From the IMG/VR virus record IMGVR_UViG_2506381017_000002: a stretch of 35,270 nucleotides of DNA, one strand, 5' to 3'. Shown piece by piece: positions 7,243-16,758 of the stretch. A program made the position numbers and the translations under genes. Each line of letters starts with the position of its first letter. Position 1 is the stretch's first letter. The notes under the pieces are model-generated. The model was not told the origin of the DNA. It saw only the letters and a list, made by a program, of their open reading frames with translations, and made no database searches. Source of the DNA: a virus (taxonomy: Duplodnaviria > Heunggongvirae > Uroviricota > Caudoviricetes).

Positions 7243-8808
7243 TTGGCGAATAGACGCAGAAATATGCGAGGAAAACGACGCACCTATGAGCGAAATATAG
7301 CAGCTATCCGTAGAAGAAATGCTGAATATGCTTCTGTTTTAGCTGATCCAAAAAGTCGGTTTAAGCCAAGTACAAGTGCAGCGACCGAAAAAAGTAATAT
7401 TAAGAGCTACTTACAGAGACCTGCTGATAACTTTGCACAAATAGCGGCAACCTTACGGCAGGCATATTTAAACAGCGGAATTGTAAGCGGTGTCATAGAC
7501 TATTACGTTGCTCATCCAACATATAATTATTCAATTTATCCTGTCTTGGGTAATAAGCAATATGCCATTGGTGGCAACATGCAAGAAGATTATATCGATG
7601 TGGCATATCAATTAAATTTATTGAATATAAATTATTGGGCACCAAAATTCTTTAAGGATACCTTGCTAGATGGGGTTACCTTTTATATCAAGATCGAAGA
7701 TTCTACTGGAATAGCATATATGAAGCTCCCTCCTGAGTGGTGTCGTATTTCTAATTTAGAAAATGGAGTATATCGATTTAGAATCGACATTTCTAAATTA
7801 AAGCAAGAACAATACGATGAACTACCTAATGAACTTCAGCAAGCTTACGACAAATATCATGGGAGCGGCATAAGCGACGATGACCAAGATTGGTATGACC
7901 GTAAATGGTACCTGGTATCAGACGACGGTGTTGCTTTTACTTTTGACCATAATGCTATCAACAATGGTGGAACGGCGGTTTCTCCATTCGCAAGCGTATT
8001 GGCAGATAGTCTTTCCCTAGACGCTGCTAAAGACAATATTGATATAAAAGATAAGCTCGATACAGTACGACTAATTCATTCAAAAATACCAACTGACAGT
8101 AATGGGACACCATCGTTAGATTTAAAGACAGCTCGTAATTTTGATGATCAAATGAGGTCAAGATTACCAGAAGGTGTTGTTGCTATTACTAGTCCTTCTT
8201 CATTGGACAACATTCCTTTGAAAGGATCGGGTAATGAAGGAATTTACGATACTGTAAACAATGGATTAGAACAATTATTTTATGACCTGGGTATCAGCTC
8301 ATCATTATTTGGTGGGAAAACTACGAGTTCTAACATCGTAAAAGAATCCGTTAAAAAGGACTCCAATTGGATTTATACAAACTTATTTCCGATGTTGGAA
8401 GCTTATTACAACTTTGAACTTAGCCAGGTAAAAACGAAAAGTAAGATTCCGTGGAACTTGAAGTTCATTAGGGAATCAAACTTCACCTTAAAAGAAGATA
8501 TTGCTAATTATAAAGATCAACTTAGCTACGGTGGTTCAAGACTTGATTATTTGGCTTCTGTTGGATTTACACCAGATCAAATAATCTCTCAATTAACCTT
8601 TGAGCAACAAGCGCTTGATATTGATTCAATTATGGTTGTTAAGCCAACGTCAAATACCATATCAAGCAAAGAAGCCTCGACAGGTAGTGGGAAGACAATA
8701 GTTAAATCACCTAATAGCAATATAAATAATCCAAATAAAGGCAACGTAGGACGACCAGAAACGGATAATCCAACTGATGACACTGATCGTTTGAGTGATG
8801 CCGCATAG
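7243..8808 (+). CDS. Portal protein (521 aa)
   Basis: Follows terL; portal-sized; TTG start with RBS GGTGGAG; low-complexity C-terminus ending in a GRP motif as in SPbeta-like portals. Confidence 0.8.
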   Translation: MANRRRNMRGKRRTYERNIAAIRRRNAEYASVLADPKSRFKPSTSAATEKSNIKSYLQRPADNFAQIAATLRQAYLNSGIVSGVIDYYVAHPTYNYSIYPVLGNKQYAIGGNMQEDYIDVAYQLNLLNINYWAPKFFKDTLLDGVTFYIKIEDSTGIAYMKLPPEWCRISNLENGVYRFRIDISKLKQEQYDELPNELQQAYDKYHGSGISDDDQDWYDRKWYLVSDDGVAFTFDHNAINNGGTAVSPFASVLADSLSLDAAKDNIDIKDKLDTVRLIHSKIPTDSNGTPSLDLKTARNFDDQMRSRLPEGVVAITSPSSLDNIPLKGSGNEGIYDTVNNGLEQLFYDLGISSSLFGGKTTSSNIVKESVKKDSNWIYTNLFPMLEAYYNFELSQVKTKSKIPWNLKFIRESNFTLKEDIANYKDQLSYGGSRLDYLASVGFTPDQIISQLTFEQQALDIDSIMVVKPTSNTISSKEASTGSGKTIVKSPNSNINNPNKGNVGRPETDNPTDDTDRLSDAA

Positions 8809-8821
8809 GTGAGGTTAAAAA

Positions 8822-10483
8822 ATGATTGATGTAACTACGGTAAATCTACCGACTCACTTTGAAGAAATTGAGAGTTGTAATGATTCGAGATTTCAAAAGG
8901 TGAAAATTTATATCGCTCATACCGGAGAGAACTTAAATAAATCGATTTTCTCACGAGAAGTTCTTGAAAATATGATCCCATCTCTTTCACATATTCCAAT
9001 TTTAGGACTGATCAGTGAAAAAGATAACGGTGATAAAGATTTTAGAGGTCATGAGAAGAACCTATCGTTGGAAGATGGAAAATTCAAAATTAAGTTTAAT
9101 ACTCATGCGTATGGGTTTGTTCCAGAAGATAACAACGCTCATTTCGAGATAACTGGCGGTAAAGAATGGCTAGTTACTGATGGTTATCTTTGGACAAGAT
9201 TTATTGATGCCATGGAACTCTTCAATGATGCAAGTGGTTCTAAAGGACAGTCAATGGAAGTGGGAGACGTTGAAGGTTATACAGATAATCGAGGAAGATT
9301 AGTATTTACCAATGCTGTATTTACTGGATTATGTATTCTTGGTGACGATGTACCGCCTGCAATGACTGGCTCAACGGTATCAACAGTATTTAGTAAGCAA
9401 GACTTTAAGTCGAGTTTTGAAGAAATGTTAGCCGAATTCACGGCTGAGAAAGGAGAAAAAGCTTTGGCAACTAAGAAAAAGCAAAATGATGAACCAGCAG
9501 TAGCAACAACGATTACAGAACCAGAAAGTTCTGCAAGTACTGAACCGGCTAAACCAGCTACGCCTGCCTCATCAGCTAATACCAGTAGCGCTTCTAAACC
9601 AGCCGCAGAACCTGCAAAAGCAGATGACAAGACAAAGGCTAGTCCTGCTTCACCAGACAGCTCTACATCTGATGATAAGCCATCAACAAGTGATACAAGT
9701 GCCGGACCAGCAAGTGGTGAAAGCAGTGATTCAACTGATGAAAATGCTGAGATGTCTAGTAAGAAGGACGACAAAGATACTAATTTTTTAAACAAAAATG
9801 AAAGCGCTTTCAAAAAGGATGAAGAGGAAGACGAACCCGACTCCGAGGATGCGGAAGATGACAAGGAAGACAAGAATAGGTTCTCCCAATTCGAACTCAG
9901 TCTTTCAGATCGGGAACGCGCATTGAGCGACGCCGTTCGCCAAAGATACGAAGACGACATTGTTGTAGAAGGAGTTTGGCCGGTAGATATCTTTGAAGAT
10001 TACGGAATTTTCAAATTCGTTAACTGGTCTAACGACAACAGACAACTGTTCCGCATCGCATACAGCGTTAATACTGATGACTCAATCAAATTAGGTGATA
10101 AAACAGAGATTTTCTCAATGTATGTCACTCAAGAAGAGAAAAACAAGATTGAGGACAATCGGGCGAAATTAGCTGATTTAGAAACTAAGATCGCTGAACT
10201 TACTGAGTACAAGAACAACATTGAAATGTCTAAGAAAGAGAAGGCATTGGACGAGGTTAAGGCTTCATTAACAGCTGAACAAATGAAGAATATCCGGGGC
10301 AAGTTTACAGAAATGTCTGTAGAAGACGTTGAACGAGAAATTGCCTACGCGATGTACTCAGCTAATAAACAAGAATTTACACACTCCAAGCGTGGAGGGG
10401 TTCGGACCACGAATTTCAACGCTAAGCAAGAGAGTGATTTTGGCTATGGAACGGCAGATGACCTGTTCCGTAAACGATATTAA
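8822..10483 (+). CDS. Prohead protease/scaffold fusion (553 aa)
   Basis: N-terminal globular domain (HTGENLNKS...GQSME...FTGLCILGDDVPPAM), a P/A/S-rich then acidic linker, and a C-terminal coiled coil; lies between portal and capsid genes. Confidence 0.7.
   Translation: MIDVTTVNLPTHFEEIESCNDSRFQKVKIYIAHTGENLNKSIFSREVLENMIPSLSHIPILGLISEKDNGDKDFRGHEKNLSLEDGKFKIKFNTHAYGFVPEDNNAHFEITGGKEWLVTDGYLWTRFIDAMELFNDASGSKGQSMEVGDVEGYTDNRGRLVFTNAVFTGLCILGDDVPPAMTGSTVSTVFSKQDFKSSFEEMLAEFTAEKGEKALATKKKQNDEPAVATTITEPESSASTEPAKPATPASSANTSSASKPAAEPAKADDKTKASPASPDSSTSDDKPSTSDTSAGPASGESSDSTDENAEMSSKKDDKDTNFLNKNESAFKKDEEEDEPDSEDAEDDKEDKNRFSQFELSLSDRERALSDAVRQRYEDDIVVEGVWPVDIFEDYGIFKFVNWSNDNRQLFRIAYSVNTDDSIKLGDKTEIFSMYVTQEEKNKIEDNRAKLADLETKIAELTEYKNNIEMSKKEKALDEVKASLTAEQMKNIRGKFTEMSVEDVEREIAYAMYSANKQEFTHSKRGGVRTTNFNAKQESDFGYGTADDLFRKRY
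9464..10483 (+). CDS. Possible nested in-frame scaffold protein (339 aa)
   Basis: In-frame TTG at 9464, 8 nt after AAAGGAG (9449-9455), at the boundary between the protease domain and the linker. Confidence 0.45.
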   Translation: MATKKKQNDEPAVATTITEPESSASTEPAKPATPASSANTSSASKPAAEPAKADDKTKASPASPDSSTSDDKPSTSDTSAGPASGESSDSTDENAEMSSKKDDKDTNFLNKNESAFKKDEEEDEPDSEDAEDDKEDKNRFSQFELSLSDRERALSDAVRQRYEDDIVVEGVWPVDIFEDYGIFKFVNWSNDNRQLFRIAYSVNTDDSIKLGDKTEIFSMYVTQEEKNKIEDNRAKLADLETKIAELTEYKNNIEMSKKEKALDEVKASLTAEQMKNIRGKFTEMSVEDVEREIAYAMYSANKQEFTHSKRGGVRTTNFNAKQESDFGYGTADDLFRKRY

Positions 10484-10508
10484 TCAAATGAGAGAAAGAG
10501 GTTAAAGA

Positions 10509-10949
10509 ATGGCTGAAGTTATTTTAGACAAGATTAGTGCTACTGCGCATATTGATAGCGTTGTGGCCGAAGAAGATCTAAAGAACGGTCAATGGTTAAC
10601 TTTGGGCCTTCTTGATGCAGACGGTGAACGTCGTTTAGCAACAAAGGCAGCAAAGGAAGAAGAAGCAGATGTACTTCTTGTAACTAGTTTTACTAAGTAT
10701 GACCCTAACACAGATTTCGCAGATTACGTAACTAAGAGAGGTCAAACAGGACGTGGATTCCACATGATTTCTGGTGACGTTATCTCTGTAACTAAGGATT
10801 TAGTTGCTGGAGCTAAGAAGGGTGACAGCCTAACCATTGGTGACGATGGATTAGGTTTCAAGAAGGCAGAAGGTCGCGGTATCGCTCAAATTATTGGCGA
10901 AGAAAATCAAGGCTTTTACGGCGACATGTTTGTGATCGCAATTCGCTAA
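10509..10949 (+). CDS. Head decoration / capsid auxiliary protein (146 aa)
   Basis: Small beta-rich protein directly upstream of the major capsid gene; call is from position. Confidence 0.5.
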   Translation: MAEVILDKISATAHIDSVVAEEDLKNGQWLTLGLLDADGERRLATKAAKEEEADVLLVTSFTKYDPNTDFADYVTKRGQTGRGFHMISGDVISVTKDLVAGAKKGDSLTIGDDGLGFKKAEGRGIAQIIGEENQGFYGDMFVIAIR

Positions 10950-10969
10950 TAAGGAAACGAGGTAAATTA

Positions 10970-11953
10970 ATGGAAAAGAATGATTTTATGAAATTTGCTC
11001 GCGACCTCTACTTCCACAAGGAATTTACAAAAGGCGAAGTTTCAGGTCAAGAAGCAATGCGTAACGCTATTTTAGATGCTCTTGGTGGCGAATTTACCCC
11101 AACTTCATGGGGCAAGAATAAATACGATGTTTTCGAATTGATTTCAGAAGCAGTTGATGCTGTTGTTCCACGTTTGTTAACTGATCAATTTGCAAACATT
11201 GCCGATGTTCGGACAGTTGCACTTGGTGAAAAACCAATTTTCCAAGTGAAAGATCCAAAGGCTATTCGAGTTGGTCGTGTAGCTGCTGGTGACCAAGACA
11301 TTCGTCGGCAAACAATTAAGGATACTCATTACTCAATTGAAACAGAAGACTTTGGTGCATCTGTATATACAGAACTTCATCAATTCATGACTGGAACAGT
11401 TGATTGGAGCGACTTAATTGATCGGGTTGCGCAAGCTTTTACCAACCACATTCAAGCAACTATTGCAGAAGCCTTAAATGATAGTTACTCATTGCTTGAC
11501 GCAACTGACAAGATTACTGGTAAAGCAACTCTTGATCAAATTGTTAAGTTAGCAGAACGAATTCAAGTTAAGTCTAACAGTAATGTAGAAGTTTACGGCA
11601 CTAAGGCTGCTTTAAGTAAATTAGCAGAAATGGCTAATGTGAACCTTTACTCAGGATCAATGAAAGATGAATTAAATCAAAAGGGCTACCTAGGTGTTGT
11701 GCGTGGCTTGAAGTTAAATGAAATTCCACAGGCATTTAAGGTTAATAAAGATGAGTTTGCCCTTGACGACAACAAGCTTTTGATCCTTCCAGAAGGTGAA
11801 AAGATTGTTGGTGTAGTCATGGAAGGTGACGCTATTACAGTTGAACCAGATTACACAGGACGTAATGATTTACAAATGGGCTTTAAGACGATCGAACGGA
11901 TTGGAATTATGGCTCTTCAAATGAAAGTGTACGGTATGGCCGACTTAGGCTAA
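10970..11953 (+). CDS. Major capsid protein (327 aa)
   Basis: Size and position fit an HK97-type capsid protein; RBS GAGGT; followed by a stable hairpin. Confidence 0.75.
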   Translation: MEKNDFMKFARDLYFHKEFTKGEVSGQEAMRNAILDALGGEFTPTSWGKNKYDVFELISEAVDAVVPRLLTDQFANIADVRTVALGEKPIFQVKDPKAIRVGRVAAGDQDIRRQTIKDTHYSIETEDFGASVYTELHQFMTGTVDWSDLIDRVAQAFTNHIQATIAEALNDSYSLLDATDKITGKATLDQIVKLAERIQVKSNSNVEVYGTKAALSKLAEMANVNLYSGSMKDELNQKGYLGVVRGLKLNEIPQAFKVNKDEFALDDNKLLILPEGEKIVGVVMEGDAITVEPDYTGRNDLQMGFKTIERIGIMALQMKVYGMADLG

Positions 11954-11959
11954 TCGTTT

Positions 11960-11990
11960 AGCTGAATGGGGTTCGACTCCCTATTTAGTT
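11960..11990 (+). other. 12-bp hairpin with tRNA T-loop (TTCGACT)
   Basis: AGCTGAATGGGG-TTCGACT-CCCTATTTAGTT; 12 pairs, 4 of them G-U. Confidence 0.75.
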
Positions 11991-12023
11991 GTAGTGACTA
12001 AGTACGAGAGAGAGGTTTTGAGA

Positions 12024-12587
12024 ATGTCACGTGAACAAAAGCGCCGGAAGCGCAAAATTATTGACCCCTCAACCGAAATAGTAGTGGCAAATAATACATA
12101 TGGAATATTTGCTTATGAATCAAATAATGGGGCCCTTTCTTTTGTTTTGGAAGAAAACGGTGATGAAGAATATATCACATATGCCGAAGCAAGAAAGTTA
12201 AAGAAATACTTTGAAAATATGTCTTTATTAATAATTGACGTCAACTCCGAGGAAGACATTTCAATTATGGATGTAGTTCGTGGATTGAGATTAACTGATG
12301 TTTATAAATCATATCTTGAGCTAGTTGAAGGTTTCGAAGAAGACGAGTTTGACGAAGTAGAAGCGTTATATGCAGAGGCATTAGCAGATTTCTGCTTAGA
12401 CTCTGAACTTGACGACTTCAAGAAGGCATTAAAAACACCTTTAAGAAACGCAGTTATTATGACGACTGTTGAAATGTATAAGCAACGGCGGTTATCTGAT
12501 CGTGATAAACAAGACCTTGTAAATACCAGAGGTGAAGACTTCTGGGCCGATATTGATGTATCGGTTCGTGCAGCAGAAGGTCGCTAA
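12024..12587 (+). CDS. Hypothetical virion morphogenesis protein (187 aa)
   Basis: ATG 12024 after AGAGAGG is favoured over the track's start at 11994; basic N-terminus, acidic body. Confidence 0.6.
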   Translation: MSREQKRRKRKIIDPSTEIVVANNTYGIFAYESNNGALSFVLEENGDEEYITYAEARKLKKYFENMSLLIIDVNSEEDISIMDVVRGLRLTDVYKSYLELVEGFEEDEFDEVEALYAEALADFCLDSELDDFKKALKTPLRNAVIMTTVEMYKQRRLSDRDKQDLVNTRGEDFWADIDVSVRAAEGR

Positions 12588-12612
12588 ATCTTGTTTGGAA
12601 GGGGAATCTTTC

Positions 12613-13071
12613 ATGGCAAATGAGAGCAATGACCCGAAATATACATATTATGAAGAAGTCTATAAGGCGTTCTTGAATACTGTTGATTCATATGATCTTC
12701 CACGATTGGATGATGATGAATTGGCAGATGTCCTTTACGGGTATATGGACGCGGGTCGTTTGATGTTTAGCACTTATATTGCTAAAGATTTCATGGATGA
12801 TGACCCAGAAAATAAGCGTTTCAACTTTAAGATGACCAGGATTGAGATCACTCTTTTAGCCCAAGCAATGAAACTTGAATGGGTTAGGGAACACTTGAAT
12901 TCCGAAGAATTGATGAGAAAAGCAATCGGTGACCGAGATTACACAACAGTGCAAGGTTATCAGTATATCGACAGATTGCAAAATATGGAAAAGCAATTGA
13001 GCCGTGAAATTACTGCGCAAATCAATCGTTTGGAATATTCAAATTCAGAGCTCTATGGAGAAATGAAATGA
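12613..13071 (+). CDS. Putative head-tail adaptor (152 aa)
   Basis: ATG 12613 after GGAAGGGGA; helical TYYEEVYKAFLNTV start; first gene of the neck region. Confidence 0.55.
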   Translation: MANESNDPKYTYYEEVYKAFLNTVDSYDLPRLDDDELADVLYGYMDAGRLMFSTYIAKDFMDDDPENKRFNFKMTRIEITLLAQAMKLEWVREHLNSEELMRKAIGDRDYTTVQGYQYIDRLQNMEKQLSREITAQINRLEYSNSELYGEMK

Positions 13072-14129
13072 GTAGTTTTTCAACATCTTATCGTAGAAAA
13101 CAAAAAGTCCTCGGAGATAACAGGGTTACAAGAAATTATAACCGTCGACTTGAGGAATTTAATTTGTTCTATCGGGATACGTTGACAAGGCATGATTGTG
13201 TAATTGATGGTGTCCCAACGCAGGCGGTCTTTCAAGATCATTCACAAAGTAACAATAAAGATTTGTCTGATGACAAGTACGTTGTTGTCCCAAATTCAGT
13301 TGAAGTTGGTGTGGGCTCATATATTGAATGGGCGGACGAAACATGGATGGTTTTTACAGAAGAATATAAGACCATTCCCACCCATCAACAATTAAAGATA
13401 AAGCATACGAATAGACGGCTTAAGTGGTTGACGAACAAGAACAGTAAGCTGATTTGCAACTTTGGGAAAGGTTGGCCTGCTTATGTACAGAACCAGACGC
13501 TTTATACATTAGGGGTGTCATTCGCAGGACAAAATATCGCATTAGCGAATGCAAAGATGTCTGTCTATATCAAAGATATTCCTGAAACGCGTGCAGTTAA
13601 GGTTGGGACCAGATTATGGATAGCTGGGCAAGTCTATAAGGTTGAATTCGCTGACTACGTATCAAGACCGGGATTAGTTAACTGGTTATTAGACGAAGAT
13701 ACAAAGAATCCGGAAACCGATAATTCTGACTTAGAAATAGCTGATTATTGGAATTCTGGAGGTAAAGACGAAGATGATTCCATAAAAGACGTATCTAAGT
13801 CGACTGTGCCTACAAACGGCTCTGGCAGCAGCCATTCTGAGGACGAAAAGCCGAAAGCTGAATGGAACATCGAAGGAACAATTAAAGCTCGCCTAGGGCA
13901 TACCTATGTCTATACAGCGATGAATTCTGATGGAACTAAGGCAGATGTCTCCGAATGGATGATTGGAACCCTTGAAGACTCTCCATTTTATGTAAAAGAA
14001 AAAGATAATCATAGCATTACTGTGACCGTGAAAGACATCTATAAGCTAGTTGGACAAACAGTAACAATCACAGCAAAAGCCAATGACGAAATAAAAAATA
14101 TTGCAATAAAAATTATAAAGAAGTTCTAG
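13068..14129 (+). CDS. Putative head-closure/neck protein with C-terminal Ig-like domain (353 aa)
   Basis: Overlaps the upstream stop (ATGA); beta-rich; C-terminal NIEGTIKARLGHTYVYTA...VTITAKAN looks Ig-like. Confidence 0.5.
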   Translation: MSSFSTSYRRKQKVLGDNRVTRNYNRRLEEFNLFYRDTLTRHDCVIDGVPTQAVFQDHSQSNNKDLSDDKYVVVPNSVEVGVGSYIEWADETWMVFTEEYKTIPTHQQLKIKHTNRRLKWLTNKNSKLICNFGKGWPAYVQNQTLYTLGVSFAGQNIALANAKMSVYIKDIPETRAVKVGTRLWIAGQVYKVEFADYVSRPGLVNWLLDEDTKNPETDNSDLEIADYWNSGGKDEDDSIKDVSKSTVPTNGSGSSHSEDEKPKAEWNIEGTIKARLGHTYVYTAMNSDGTKADVSEWMIGTLEDSPFYVKEKDNHSITVTVKDIYKLVGQTVTITAKANDEIKNIAIKIIKKF

Positions 14130-14132
14130 GGA

Positions 14133-14696
14133 GTGAATGAGAGAGTGCCCGCAAAGGAAATTACAAATGAGGCTCCAAAACATGTGTCTTCAGTTATGAA
14201 GATTAGTGAGTGGAAACAGCAAATGATGGAAACAATGGCAATGGATGATGATTTAGCAAAATTACTTTATTATGACTCATCTGATGCATTAAGCCGTCCT
14301 GATTTAACCGAGGAGCAAAAATATGAACTGGTAACAGAGGGAGAAGAAAAGCGTCGGATTTATCCAACAAGATATAAGCCTGGGGTCGTTATGGACCAGC
14401 AATCATTTATTGGTATGGCAATTTCTAATTTCTCATTTCCAGAAATTCATTATCACGTAGATAGTGATTTCGTGATGGGGTACTTATACTTCTTTATCCT
14501 TGTTGATAACAAAATTATGGATATCGATGAAGGACAAAGGCAAGATCAAATACTCGCTAGAATTTATGACTTATTCTCCGATTCTAGAAGATACGGAATC
14601 GGGACTGTAAAAATTGGCCAACTTTCCGAATTATGGGAGCAAAACAATAAGTTTGGCGGCTACCAACTAATGATGAGAGTATACGACTTTAAGTAA
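14133..14696 (+). CDS. Putative tail terminator/completion protein (187 aa)
   Basis: Position in the neck module upstream of the tail tube gene. Confidence 0.45.
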   Translation: MNERVPAKEITNEAPKHVSSVMKISEWKQQMMETMAMDDDLAKLLYYDSSDALSRPDLTEEQKYELVTEGEEKRRIYPTRYKPGVVMDQQSFIGMAISNFSFPEIHYHVDSDFVMGYLYFFILVDNKIMDIDEGQRQDQILARIYDLFSDSRRYGIGTVKIGQLSELWEQNNKFGGYQLMMRVYDFK

Positions 14697-14708
14697 AGGA
14701 CGTCTGCT

Positions 14709-15512
14709 ATGAGAATTAACTATTCTTACGTGATTCTCGGGAAAGATATACCCATAAACGATAAGGTAACTTTTCATATTCCCACAATTGGCGAACTAGC
14801 AGAAGCAGAAAACAATGACTTTAGTGATTGTACTCGTGTTTTTGTAACAGGGGTTCGGGAACAATTTAGTGGTGTTCCTGAGCAGGTTGATCTGATAGAA
14901 GAAAGATTCCCGTCTCTATGGGATATGGCTTTTGACGATGAAATGAATGACCTTGTTGGAGAGGCCATGTTTGGTAAGGGCGCTACTTTATTACGACAAT
15001 TTTTGAAAGCGATTTCGTACTGGACTAGGACGAAAGAAGAACAGTACAAAATCCTGAGTAATAAAAAGATCGTAAGCGAAGAACTGGATTGGATTATCGA
15101 CAGGGAAACATACATTGACCTATCCAACCTAATCAAAGCAGTTACTTTGTCAAAGCCCAATAGGGATTTGATTGCACCCAAGGGTGTGGGAAGTAATCCG
15201 AGAAAGATTCAAATGTGGAAAAACACATACAAAGGTCGATTACAACAAGCCATGAAAAGAAAAGGAACGGAATTAGGAGATCAAATCCTTCAGCTAGAAG
15301 TATTTGCGCCTGGATACATTAGCTTTGCTGATATTCAAGGTATGACCTACTACCAGTTTTCAAATCTTTTATCTGCTTACACCGCTAAGTATTCATCAGA
15401 AAAACAGTATCAGATTTACACATCAGAAAAGTTCGATACGAAAGATATGAAGATGCCTGATCTAAACGAAGAAATAAAACTAATCAAATTTGATGAAAAA
15501 AATAAAGACTAA
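14709..15512 (+). CDS. Conserved phage morphogenesis protein (267 aa)
   Basis: Clean ORF with an upstream AAAGGA; specific function not recognised. Confidence 0.5.
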   Translation: MRINYSYVILGKDIPINDKVTFHIPTIGELAEAENNDFSDCTRVFVTGVREQFSGVPEQVDLIEERFPSLWDMAFDDEMNDLVGEAMFGKGATLLRQFLKAISYWTRTKEEQYKILSNKKIVSEELDWIIDRETYIDLSNLIKAVTLSKPNRDLIAPKGVGSNPRKIQMWKNTYKGRLQQAMKRKGTELGDQILQLEVFAPGYISFADIQGMTYYQFSNLLSAYTAKYSSEKQYQIYTSEKFDTKDMKMPDLNEEIKLIKFDEKNKD

Positions 15513-15535
15513 ATACGAAAGGAGACATTGATTAT

Positions 15536-16642
15536 ATGTCTACTTATGGTTTGAAGGATGCGTCAAATATCACATTTGTAAAGCGTGGTACTACTACTCC
15601 CGTTTTATACATTGATTACGCAAACCAAACAAATACTCAATGGCAATCTAACCGTGTATATGCCAAGAAGAAGGGTACACAAGCAATTGCATGGGACTCT
15701 GCACGGACTGGTAAGTTAACCATTCAAACTGAAATGTTTGATCTTCGGCTCTTAGCAATGATGGCCGGTGATGATGACTTACATAAGGGAACAAACACTA
15801 TCTTTAAGCGAAAAGTATTCCAATTACGAGGAGATCGCTTAATTGATTTAGGCGCAAAGCCAGTTGAAGGTTCTGTATCTGTGTTCCGTGTAGACGACAA
15901 GGATAAGCGTGAACACATTACTGAAATCCCTATGTTAGTTTCTGGAGACGCTGGTTCAGTTCCACAAATGGTAACTGATGTTGCTGTTTCTGCCAAGGAT
16001 ACAACTGCAACAATTACTTGGAGTTCTACAGCCAATGCAACTAGTTATGTTGTTTACCGAAATGGAGTAGCTACTGGATACCCTGTTGGTACTTCATTTA
16101 ACGACTCAAACTTAACTCCTGAAACAGAATACAAGTACACAGTTGTTGCTAAGAATGAGGCAGGACAATCAGTTCAATCTGCTGAAGTAGTTATTACTAC
16201 TGCTACATCAGGTACTAAAGAGGCCGGCGCTGCTGTTAAGGCAACTGAAGATGCAATCAAGAAGGCACAAGAAAATGCTAGTGGGGCCAACTTAAATGGC
16301 TTGTACTTCAAGATGACTGATGGTGGAAACGGAATTCAACTTTCTGATGAAGCCGTTGTCGGTGCTGCTTACGCAGTGTACTACGTTGTAAAGCAAGACG
16401 GTGTATCTTCCTACACTATCAATGCACTTAAGTTTGCAACTAACTACGAAATTTACGCCGATGCCGTAATTCGTTCCCAAGACGGTGAAGATAAGTTTGC
16501 GCAAATTCACTTTACTAATGTAAAGCCCGCTGCAAATGTAACATTCAACCAAAACTCAGAACAAGTAACTTCCCTTTCATTAGAATTTGACTTGTTAGCT
16601 GATGAAAATAACGACCAAGCTATTTACGAATACATCGAATAG
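15536..16642 (+). CDS. Major tail tube protein with an internal fibronectin type III domain (368 aa)
   Basis: MSTYGLKDASNITF start and SLSLEFDLL end are tube-like; FN3 pattern TATITWS...SYVVYRNG...SFNDSNLTPETEYKYTVVAKN at about 15962-16201. Confidence 0.75.
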   Translation: MSTYGLKDASNITFVKRGTTTPVLYIDYANQTNTQWQSNRVYAKKKGTQAIAWDSARTGKLTIQTEMFDLRLLAMMAGDDDLHKGTNTIFKRKVFQLRGDRLIDLGAKPVEGSVSVFRVDDKDKREHITEIPMLVSGDAGSVPQMVTDVAVSAKDTTATITWSSTANATSYVVYRNGVATGYPVGTSFNDSNLTPETEYKYTVVAKNEAGQSVQSAEVVITTATSGTKEAGAAVKATEDAIKKAQENASGANLNGLYFKMTDGGNGIQLSDEAVVGAAYAVYYVVKQDGVSSYTINALKFATNYEIYADAVIRSQDGEDKFAQIHFTNVKPAANVTFNQNSEQVTSLSLEFDLLADENNDQAIYEYIE

Positions 16643-16647
16643 CTATT

Positions 16648-16678
16648 AGCTGGATGGGGTTCGACTCCCCATTCAGCT
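16648..16678 (+). other. 12-bp hairpin with tRNA T-loop (TTCGACT)
   Basis: AGCTGGATGGGG-TTCGACT-CCCCATTCAGCT; 12 pairs, one G-U. Confidence 0.8.
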
Positions 16679-16728
16679 TTCAACTAAGTAGATTAAATTA
16701 ATCCATTTATACGGTTATGAATGGACAG

Positions 16729-16758
16729 AAAGTCCGAAACCTCGGGCTTTATTTTTTC
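16729..16758 (+). terminator. Intrinsic terminator between tail tube and tail fibre genes
   Basis: AAAGTCCGA-AACC-TCGGGCTTT followed by ATTTTTTC. Confidence 0.7.

Noticed and set aside
9277-9960. 227-aa minus-strand ORF
   Set aside because: Ser/Leu-rich antisense shadow of the low-complexity scaffold linker.
11960-11990. tRNA genes at the two GGTTCGACTCC motifs (also 16648-16678)
   Set aside because: No D arm, anticodon arm or separate acceptor stem; the T-loop caps a simple 12-bp hairpin.
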